Shown here piece by piece: positions 54,030 to 64,000 of a stretch of DNA of 64,000 nucleotides (positions are counted from its first letter, which is position 1; every line of letters starts with the position of its first letter). A program made the position numbers and the translations under genes. Origin of the DNA: Eledone cirrhosa. Its lineage: Eukaryota. The stretch spans positions 283,092,001 to 283,156,000 of the forward strand of contig OZ024740.1 of NCBI GenBank assembly GCA_964016885.1, in the 5' to 3' direction. The notes below the pieces were generated by a model, which saw only the letters and a program-made list of their open reading frames with translations, searched no databases and was not told the DNA's origin.

Positions 54030-54480
54030 CCAGCGCGTGCAGCAGACGTTGACATGTCTTTGCTGCCGCAGTTGACGCCGTGTTTCGGCTGATACAGCTG
54101 AAACAGCAGACGTTGACTCACAGTTCTTTGTGTCGCAGTTGACGCCGTGTTTCGGTTGATACAGCTCAAACAGCAGACGTTGACTCACAGGTTCTTTGCT
54201 GCCGCAGTTGAGCCTTTGTTTCGATTGATGCAGCTCGAGCTGCGGAAGTTGCGTCAGCATTACTATGCCGCTGTAATGAACGCTGTGGTTCGTTCTCTGC
54301 ATCTCCTGCAATAGACGTTGCCTCAATATTTGCTTTGTGTCGCAGTGAGGGTTGAGAATCGTTTTCTGCACCTCAAACAGCAGAAGTTGCCTCAGCATTT
54401 ATTTGCTGTCGCATCGAACGTTGTGTTTTGTTTTCTGCATCTCGTGCAATAGAAGTTGCTTCAGCATTTTTCTTTTGGCG
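54030..54480 (-). repeat. Degenerate ~63-bp coding-type tandem repeat inside the Helitron
   Basis: About 7 units; the minus strand reads as 21-aa repeats like NAEATSIARDAENKTQRSMRQ, with stops. Confidence 0.7.
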
Positions 54481-55409
54481 TAATAATCGCTATTCGTTAC
54501 TTTTGCAATCGAGGTTGGTGCAGAATATGTGTTGAGGAATTTTGAGCGTCCTTCATGTTTGGTCTATGTCACTGCAATCAGTCTAAGGAAAGCAACGTCA
54601 CAGTCTCTATTGGCAGCCACAACTATACAGAATGGTAAGCATTTCAAACTACATAAATCATTAGAATGCCTACATATACGCAATGCATAACAAACATTTT
54701 ACATGTTTCTACTGTAGCAAACGTATGGCAGCCCCCTCATTTGTACCGTTCACTCAAAGTCGTCATACATTATCTCCGTCATGCCGCAATGACTTCAGTC
54801 CCTGAATTGCCAAACATCCCACATTATTGTCATAAATTCCATGTGACTCACTTTGGGGCTGCTGACTTCCTTGTGGCATAGTTCGCATTTGGAGCTTCAC
54901 CGCGTCAAAGTCACACTTTTACACTCATTCACCTTTCATATGCCATAACATTTTACCGTTTTTACATCGAACAACACATACTTCTTATGGTTAAAAATAA
55001 ATGTTATTTTGGGGTTCGTGGTATGTTGTTTTCTCTTTAAAAATTATTTACTAATGGTAGACTTACACCCGGCAATGCCGGGTATGGCTGCTAGTATATA
55101 TATATATATATATATAAGAACAAAAGATGGTTAAAAGAGTTCCATGTATTATGCGCATTTCAAAAACAAATATCATCATGCAATAATATTTGTGTTTTCA
55201 TCAGATAAAACAGGAAGACATGATATGAAGGTTAAAAAACACTTGTGGATAGTGCAGTTTTAAATCAACATAACCATCTTTTGTTCTTATATATTATGTA
55301 TACTCCAGTCCTACAAATTGTAGAGTGCTTCTTATCCGATATCTGCATTGCTTTATTGTACTGCAATAAAACTCACCTCCTACATTATATATATGTATAT
55401 ATATATATG

Positions 55410-55853
55410 TAACCAAAGATTAATATGGTTCATTGACTACTCAATGAATATAGTTTTACAATAGATTAAAAGCACTCTACAAAGAGGTTTTCTGGAGTTA
55501 TTAATATTATTCAGAATAGTAATGAATGAAGACATTCACATAATCAAAATATATGTTTTATTATATATATTTCGAAGGTAGTGTGCTGTTTTTTCAGTAC
55601 GTCCTCGTCAGATAAAATGCTTGAATTGATGTATGACATACCTCAACGGTGTTGATGGATCAATTCCAGTAATGCCAATACTGGAATTGAACCTTCAAGA
55701 CAGTTGAGGTATGTCATACATCAATTCATGCATTTTATCTGACGATGACGTACTGAAAAAAACAGCACAGTACCTTCGAAATATATATAATAAAACATAT
55801 ATTTTGATTATGTGAATGTCTTCATTTATTAATATTCTGAATAATAATAAATT
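55410..55853. mobile_element. Fold-back pLTR cassette (family O)
   Basis: Arms ~55497-55647 / 55702-55848; an HHR in each arm. Confidence 0.75.
55733..55795 (+). ncRNA. Type I hammerhead (family O, CUGACGA); mirror at 55556-55617 (-)
   Basis: ttttat-CTGACGA-tgac gtactg..cagtac cttc-GAAA-tatata-TA-ataaaa. Confidence 0.75.
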
Positions 55854-55854
55854 G

Positions 55855-56056
55855 ACATTGCACTCAGTGCTCCTTTGGGAGCCCCTACATGGACACACTA
55901 GAAGAGGAAGACCAAGGTTAACGTATGTTGATGCCCTAAGGACAGATACTGGTCTGTTGGAGATGAAGGACATGGCAGCGATAATGAGGGACAGAGACCG
56001 CTGGAGAGAACTCGTCCATGGATCTCGGGAATTTTACCCGCCTTAGATAGATAGAT
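55855..56056 (+). pseudogene. RTE-like LINE 3' end with (TAGA)n tail
   Basis: [26 protein letters not shown]...RDRDRWRELV; same as 24178-24352. Confidence 0.75.
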
Positions 56057-56844
56057 ATATATAAACAAAATTAACTGGAATATCAAGTTTTGAAACGAGA
56101 GTGTATTAGAATTCGTAGGAAAATAGGAAACCTCGGAGCAATGAAGTTAAAACAGGAAAATGCTAACGAAACGGCGTTGATTAAAACGTTACCTGGAAGG
56201 ATAGAAATCGGCGACTAGAAGTGAGCTGGTTCCAAGAATTGATAGGAAGGAAGAAATATTTAAATATGCTCATCAGTTTTTAGACCACCTGCAGGTTCTA
56301 GCATTTGACTGAAAGGGCTGCAAATGATAGGTGTCTCGTAACAATGGAGAAATAGATTTCTCCATTGGTATAAAGTTTGTGTTGGTACAGGTCACAGAGG
56401 GAGAACAAAAATGAAGTGCGTCCACTCGGCCTGAAGTCATCGCAAGAAAGGAAGAACAATGACCTGTAAGCGGAAGTGGTCTGTAGAGGGGGGTGAGGGG
56501 TAAACCAATGAAAGGAACCAGTGAGAGACAGAGAGACAGAGAGAAAGAAAGAAAAGAAGTAATGAGAGAGAAGGGAGAGAAAGAACTGAGATGTTCTGAA
56601 GAATACAGGGGAAAGGACAGGAAATATGTAATGTATCTTTTATGTGTATGTATATATAACCGTGTCAGCTGTATTCTGTGTGTTGATGTTTGCATATGCA
56701 CATAACAAGTGTAGTGGAATTGCTGTCATGTGTAACGATGTGTGGTTTGGATTGGATTGTATGTATGCAAGTATGTATGTATTATGTATGTATGTATGTG
56801 TATGTATGCTTTTATGTATGTATACATGTAATATGTGTACGTGT

Positions 56845-57445
56845 TATGCCGGGTCACTCTTGAGTGCTACTGGTAACATGTAACCCAGTACAACCTGTCG
56901 CATGGTCGGGTTGTCGGCGACTAAACCGGCAACCCCGCCAAGTTTACTTGGTGAGGAGAGTGATTTTGGACACCCTAGAGTCAACGGCCATCCACAAGTG
57001 TGTAAATATGTATATACACATGTACATATGTATGTATATGTATATGTGTATATACATGGGTGCATGTGTATGTATATGCGCGGGGACATAGAAATAGTCG
57101 GGCTGGACACCCGATCGCGCGGTTAAACCACTGGGAGTAAAGGACTCCTAGCCTTTGTCTGGGCATTCTTCTAGGAGAAGGCAACTCAGGAAACTGGGAT
57201 AACTCCGATATAAAACCTGCGGCTCAGTAGTTACCGATGATGTTGATCTTTTCTTCTTTTCGGGTTATAGCTACTGTATCTCAGAGAGTGTGATTGGCTC
57301 AGTGCACAGTCTTTCCTAACTTTAAAATATATCTTCACGCACAGGCATTGCAGCATAGAATTAATTAATAATTATTAATAATGGTATATCGTGCAATGGC
57401 CATACTCGATAAGGAGGGAGCAGCCATCAGGCATTTATGTATGTA
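56845..57445 (+). mobile_element. Non-autonomous RTE-derived (SINE-like) element
   Basis: Structured 5' end; 3' tail atggccatactcgata..gcagccatc resembles the LINE tail at ~59797-59830; (TGTA)n at both ends. Confidence 0.7.
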
Positions 57446-57449
57446 TGTG

Positions 57450-59860
57450 ATCAAACCTTAACAAGAGCAAATGGTATCAATATTCGAAAGCACTTGAATA
57501 TAGATCGTATGAAAGATAAGGATGTCAAGGAAGAGCTGCGTCTCAGGCTTGAAAGCATTGATTGGCGAACAACTGGAATGAATTCAGGAGCTAGGTCTAT
57601 GATGTTTCAGCAGAGGTCGTTGGATTTGTCACAAGAAAACTCAAGGACTGATTTGATGAGAATGACCGGGAGGTCAATCCCTCCTGGACAGAAAACAAAA
57701 GGAAATCGATGCAGTTCATAAAGGAGGTAGCTTTGTTGTTAACAATTATGAGCGTTGCAGACAGGTAAAGAAGGAGATGCAGGTGAAACTCAGGGCCATC
57801 CAAAATAACTGGAGGTGCAACAAAGCAGATGGCGTTCAAACACCATCTGATGGCAACAATGTGAAACTGTTGCACACTCTACTCTGAGCAGTGTATGGCT
57901 CTTTCAGCTCACCAGCCAAATCTTTGAGATCAAAAGATGACAAGCAAATACTGCGCGATGCAAAAGACATTCTCAACAGATGGAGGGATCACTTTGATGA
58001 GCTCTTGAACCAGCTGATGATTATTTCATTTGCTCCATCCCTATTGAACCTGTGAAGCATGAGATGGCTGATGTACCTTCTCTTGCAGAAGTGTCTTCTG
58101 CTGTTCATAAGCTGGACTGTGGTAAGCCCCCTGGTATGGATGGTCTGAGTGCAGCAATTTTGAAGTGCGGTCGTGAAAACTTCACACAGCGCCTGACTGA
58201 ACTCATGCAAGAGATGAGAGTGTCCCACAAGATTGGAAAAATACGTTCTTGGTGATTCTCCATAAAGGAAAGGGTGGGAAAGACAAATGTGGCAATTATC
58301 GTGACATATCACTTCTTTCAGTTGTTAAAGTCATGTGTCTAATTTTGATGGATAGATTGATCTCAAGGGTTTCTATGAATGTGTTGCCTGAGTCGCAGTA
58401 TGGGTTCAGAAATGAAAGAGGAACAGTGGATATGATCTTTTCTGCACGGCAGCTGAAAATGGAATGAAGCAGGGGCACATTCTGGCTCCAACTCTGTTTT
58501 CCTTATATTTTACGAGAGTATTTTTCATGGCATTCAGGAAAAATTGTTCGCATAGAGTTTATATCAGGTATCACACTTCAGGAAGGTTGTTCAACATCAG
58601 GTGATTTTGTGCAAGGACGAAGGTATTAACATCTATAATCCGAGAGTTTTGTATGCAGATGACTGCGATCTTTTTGCACACTCACAATGTGACATGCAGC
58701 ATATTATGAACTCTTTCTCTGAAGCTTGCAGCGCTTTGGGCCTCACAATAAGCTTGGAAAAGACTGTTGTGATGTACCAGCCAGCACCTGGAAAAGAATA
58801 CACTACACCAATTGTATACATGTAAGGAAAGAGGCTAACACTTGCTGACAAGCTTGTTTACCTTGGTAGTGCGTTGGACAATTCCTACACACTTGATGAT
58901 GAGATATGCTCAAGAATCAAGAAAGTCAGTGAAGCTTTTGGATGGCTGAATCAACGTTTATGGTCCAGACGAGGTATCACTATTGAAACCAAGGTGAAAG
59001 TGTATCTGACTTGTGTCGTCTCCTCTTTCCTTTATACTTGTGAAACGTGGGTCACATACAGAAAGCATCTCAAGAATCTGGAGAGATTTCACCAACAATC
59101 TCTTCGTAAGATACTTGGGGTGTGCTGGAAAATGTTCATCAGTGATTTGAAAGTTCTTGAACGGACTAGGTGCATGATCTTTCGGCATCGGTTGAGGTGG
59201 TGGGGTCACGTGGTCCGGATGTCTGATGATCGTATACCAAAACAACTTCTCAACGCCTACCTCTGCGAAGGTAGGCGACCTCCACACAAAGCAAAAATGC
59301 GGTACCAGGACTGTGTCAGGGGAACCTTCGCTTGCGCTGGAATTTCATCTGACGAATGGGAGAAAATGGCTGAGGAGCGTGTGAAGTGGAGACGTTTGAT
59401 CAAGTCAGGAAGTGAACACTTTGAAACTCGTCGAAGAGAACACCTAACATTGAAAAGGAAGGTGGGGAAAAGGGACTGTTCTGAACTGACTGCTGTTGAG
59501 CAACATCTGCTTTGCCAGCTCTGTGGTCGAGTCTGCCTGAGTAAAGCTGGTTTGAATAGAAAGGAACAAAGTCATATCAGTAAACCTCATGTAGATTATG
59601 ATCTGAACAGGTGTAAGGAATCTGGCAAGGAATGTGCTAGCAGGGGAGGTCTTAAAAATCACATGAGAACACACAGTTAGAACCAAGCAGTGCAAAGTCC
59701 AAGAGGAGCCGATGTTGCTATGTATGTGCCAGAGGGTAAAAGTCTTTGGCTGGATTAAAGAGCCACATTCGTGCCTTTTTGAGCATTTTATCAGTCGATG
59801 GCAATGCTCGAACACGAGTATGCGGCCATCTTGTGTAAATGATTGTATGTATGTGTGTGT
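57450..59860 (+). pseudogene. Decayed RTE-clade LINE ORF (RT plus two C-terminal C2H2 fingers)
   Basis: GKPPGMDG, CGNYRDISLLS, LPESQYGFR..RGTVDMIFSARQL, LYADD, LYTCETW, LRWWGHVVRMSDDRIPKQLL, C..CGR..GL..H; (TGTA)n tail. Confidence 0.88.
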
Positions 59861-60104
59861 GTAAAGGTGTGCGTGGTGTATGTTTGATGTATCTACGAAT
59901 ATGTTAAATATTGTGTGCACACGAATATGTTAAATATTGGAGAACCTCTGCTTCAATCTTTCACATGAAAATATCAATAATGAATACATCAACCCACTCT
60001 CTATTTGCCTATCCGCCAGCCTATGTTATTTTCGATGCATGTGTACTTATGAATTTATGCATTGAAAATTAACAATATATTTACATACACGCGCGCGCGC
60101 GCGC

Positions 60105-60205
<101 letters not shown>

Positions 60206-60220
60206 ACCATAACAATTGAT

Positions 60221-60271
<51 letters not shown>

Positions 60272-60272
<1 letters not shown>

Positions 60273-60335
60273 GCGCAAGACGTAAAAACATAGACACATA
60301 CTTATACATCTATCTATCTACCTACCTCCTCCCCC

Positions 60336-60391
<56 letters not shown>

Positions 60392-60452
60392 GGAGGAGGT
60401 AGGTAGATAGATAGATGTATAAGTATGTGTCTATGTTTTTACGTCTTGCGCT
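60272..60452. repeat. Near-perfect inverted duplication centred on (TA)n
   Basis: agcgcaagacgtaaaaacatagacac... / ...gtgtctatgtttttacgtcttgcgct. Confidence 0.9.
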
Positions 60453-62899
60453 CGCGGGGATTGTCAGCGAAATTACTTCAGTGTTATTAATTTTTTTATT
60501 TATTTCGTCTGGTGAGGCTTTGCATCGTAAAGAATAGAAACCAATATTCGTTGCGCATTAGAATTTTACTCACTACGTACCCAGGTCCCTTGTGTACTTA
60601 ACAGCGAAAGGCCGTTTTATAGTCGTAAAAGGTGTTGAGAGTTTTCTTACTTTTAATTCACAATTCAGAATGAAGCCTACTACACTATGTTATACATCAT
60701 TTACTTGGCATATTATGTTTGCAGTTCATATTTTCTTTGTAAATATTTATGATGTGTTGCTGATATTAACATCATATTTTATTTGGACAATTACTTCTAT
60801 ATTTAGAATATATATTTAGAGTATATATCTTAGTTCGATTTCAGTATCAGACCATGAACATAATCAACACAACTAATGCTTATTGTAAATCAAGCAGATG
60901 AAGAACTTAGAGCAGTGTAGATATCTTACACATGTACACAGTAAAGGCTTGGTTAATAGTGTAGATATAACTATAATAAACATATATTGTAAACATGTCA
61001 CTAAATATAAGCTGTAAAAATACAGTTAATAGATGGGATAACCTTACCACTAGGATAATAGTGTATCTATAACTATAGTACATATATATTGTAAACATGA
61101 CATTAATAGCGTAAATATATTCATTGTAAATACAAACTTTAAAATGAGGTTAATAAACCGGGTGATAATAAACGTATTAAATCACATACCAACTACAGAA
61201 AATTTAATTATTGAGAATTTAATTGAGATGTGTGTACAGAAAACTGAATAATATGATATGAAGATACAATGAAACTCATGAATGAACTTTGTTGTAAGTA
61301 TGTGGCTGGGAAAACTAAGAACGTGTAAACAATATATCATTAACCATATAAATAGAAAATTAATTAGTTCCAGAAATAAAACTATATTCATGGTATAAAC
61401 ATAATATGTTTATATAACACCTGGAATAATAAAAGCTTGTCTTGATATATTAGAATCTGCCTCGATTCTTGAGGTATGATCTTATCACAGTTTCATGAAT
61501 TGTCAAGTGACTGAAAGTACAAGATTTTACACTGAACATGAGGCTCATCTATCGCAGGATTAACCTCTAATTGTTCATTCTGCTGTACTGGAGTAATGTG
61601 TAATGAAAAACATTGTCCGAGCGAGCTTTCAATCACCCCCCCCCCCCCCCCCCCCCACCCCCACCAACACACACATACCTAATAATTAGACGAGACATCT
61701 TCACTCAAAATAGATATTTATGCATAAAACACGAAAATACTTTTCAGTGAAACACAAATATAATTTTCAGATTCAACAATTCATTCATTGTACGTTGAAT
61801 TCTCTTTAGAGTAAAACCTATTCCAGCAATACATTGTACGTTCAGTTCTAATCAGTGTAAAGTCTATTTAATTGTGAGACGAAATAAAAGTTGTGTTTTA
61901 AAAGTTCAATACATTTACGGATGTTCTTACATAAAAGGAACAGAATTAGCCATAAATATCAGAATAAACTAAAGGGAATATATTTAAGTCGCTGATTAGA
62001 GGAAAAACATTAAAGTCATGAATAACAGAACATGATTACTATAAGGAAAGAAATTATGCACCACAATGGAGTAAAATTAACATACGAGACAAATAGTCAT
62101 ATTAGAAATTCGATGGAATCAAAGAAACAATACATATAGTAGTGATTAATAATCTAAAACCCTTTGCAGACCAACACAATACATACACCAAATTTAGACC
62201 AATAATTGCCACCATAAGTGTTTGTGGCAAAGGAGTTAGTTTTTAAAACCTACCTGAAAATAGATATTCTGTAATCAAACTTAACATAGATGAAGTTTAA
62301 ATTTAGATATAGAACTCTTCCTCCAAATGACTGAAGGGTAAATGATAAAAATATATTCTATTCTTTTTCTTTAGTCAGTTGGGAAGAGAAATGCCAATAG
62401 CTTCATTTAAGATCTCCGAGATATGTTAAATATCCTTAAAGGTAAATATCCTTAAACTGGCGGCCTGGCCTAAATAATTGTAACAGAGCAGACCCCAATC
62501 AATGCACCCAAGGTCCACCATTCAAGTAGACTACAGTGGGATTTGAAACCAGAGTGCACAGCTGAAACATATCGTCTAAGGACTGCATTTGTAGAAATAA
62601 GAAATATATATATTGAAATATATATATTGAAAAATAAGTTAGATTACATTAACAGGAAAAATGATGGACGTGGTGAAACATTTATATACATCGTCAATAG
62701 AAATGCATATTATAGTTTTAATTAACATGGGTACCTTTTGAATAATTAGAGTATATCTTTGTGGCTTCTTAGTTGACTGAATTGACATTTCTATGTTGTC
62801 AGCGTTATTGAAATGAAATGTTGGATTAATTGACATGCTCCGTGTCATTTTTAAATATTCAGACTCATCACTAGTATTCGTTGGATTAATATTTATTTC

Positions 62900-63030
62900 T
62901 TATTTAGAAACAAGGCCAACAAATATGAGAGAGGGTAAAGTTAATTAAATCAACCAAGGTATTTGGCTGTTGATCGACCCAAGAACGATGAATGGTACTG
63001 TTGAGCTCAGCGGGATTTGAACTTAGAATA
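62900..63030 (-). mobile_element. Degenerate tRNA-SINE copy
   Basis: caaggccaacaa...atcgaccc..gatgaatgg...ctcagcgggatttgaactt. Confidence 0.55.
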
Positions 63031-63630
63031 TAAAGAGCGATGAGGTATATACCTCAAAGGCATTTGATTCGACGTTCACCTTATCCTCCACTTTTAGTCA
63101 TAGAATTATTATTGAATAGCAACAAATGAACAATAAAGCAGGATTCGGAACTGAATATTGGCATAATTTACACGAGATGTAAGGATTCAAGTAAAATGCT
63201 TTTTCGATAATGAGCCACTGATACATGACTTTAAGAATCCAAGGGAACATCTATTAGAATGTTATCAGGCAGTATCAAACTCTTGAACCCCACATTCAGA
63301 GATACATGTACACACGTACAAACCTATACCCACAATATGCAATGTGGAAAACATTCAAATTGGTAAGTACTTTCCTCCAACTTCCTTTACATCACTAATG
63401 TCCAACTGCAAAACTCTTCCAGATTCTGAAACACATTATGAAGCCACCGAATATATTACCTCACTTTTCTCATCTCATCTCAATTTTTCTTTCGCCAGAC
63501 ACTTAGCATAAGACCAAAGGACCTAGATATTTATTTATTTTCTCCGGTACTGGCATATAGAAAATTGATCTGTTCCTTCCCTTTTACCAAATACACATTT
63601 CATTTTCCTCACACCAAATCTCATTGAGAC

Positions 63631-63703
63631 GTTGTTTACTGTTGTTTACTGTTGTTTACTGGCTGACAAATGTTGTTTACATGTTGTTTACTGGCTGACA
63701 AAT
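63631..63703. repeat. Short tandem array containing five TTGTTTAC motifs
   Basis: gttgtttact x3 followed by two further TTGTTTAC copies. Confidence 0.85.
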
Positions 63704-64000
63704 AAGTATTGTACGTATGTCAGATTATGAAACCTAAGGGTGCGCAAAGATATTCATCTGTACGAATTATAATAAATTAGCTTTTTTATAGAATTAATTT
63801 ATAGAGCTATATATAGAGCGATTTTTTTTTTAACACTCTTACTACACACACGCATACACACACATATATGTACGGATGTGACTGTTTACCTGTGTGGGTG
63901 AATGGTGTAGTGTGTGTGTGTATATACTATATCATACGAGCGTCAATTTTATGTGATAAACAGGTGTAAACGTGTGGCACATAAACTTTTAACTGTTCGT

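Larger units (their letters stand above)
52022..55094 (+). mobile_element. Defective Helitron
   Basis: A|TC 5' end (tctatatctataacaatg..gtctgtctg); 3' hairpin acccggc aat gccgggt (55067-55083) then CTAG|T; internal PIF1 helicase. Confidence 0.85.

Noticed and set aside
54030-54480. Regularly spaced repeats as a CRISPR-like array
   Set aside because: Degenerate tandem units without unique spacers, eukaryotic context, no cas genes.
63230-63370. Possible host exon ending in TG|GTAAGT at ~63362
   Set aside because: Isolated donor-like site; no clear acceptor or recognisable peptide.

Overview
AT-rich, microsatellite-dense eukaryotic DNA with no supportable host gene. The SINE families suggest a cephalopod (Octopus-like) genome; this is inference from recalled repeat sequences. 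The window is almost entirely transposon debris: decayed Penelope-like retroelements (PLEs; RT and GIY-YIG remnants at about 18, 27, 32.5, 39 and 40-41 kb), R4/Dong-like and RTE-like LINE remnants, tRNA-derived SINEs, one internally deleted mariner and two Helitrons. The main signal is RNA-level. About 30 type I hammerhead ribozyme (HHR) motifs, intact or decayed, from about 15 different sequence families were folded by eye. Nearly all lie in short fold-back (inverted) PLE pseudo-LTR cassettes inserted in (TA)n arrays. Most families carry their own palindromic helix III. The set includes U3-A8 core variants, a ~100-nt helix II, a tandem retrozyme-like dimer, and junctions that map to a predicted cleavage site. 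Other leads are an in-frame TGA at a conserved PLE Cys position, E2F/CCAAT/E-box promoter modules in PLE LTRs, and a covarying multibranch RNA at the 5' end of an RTE-derived non-autonomous element. Coordinates were counted by hand and may be off by a few bases.
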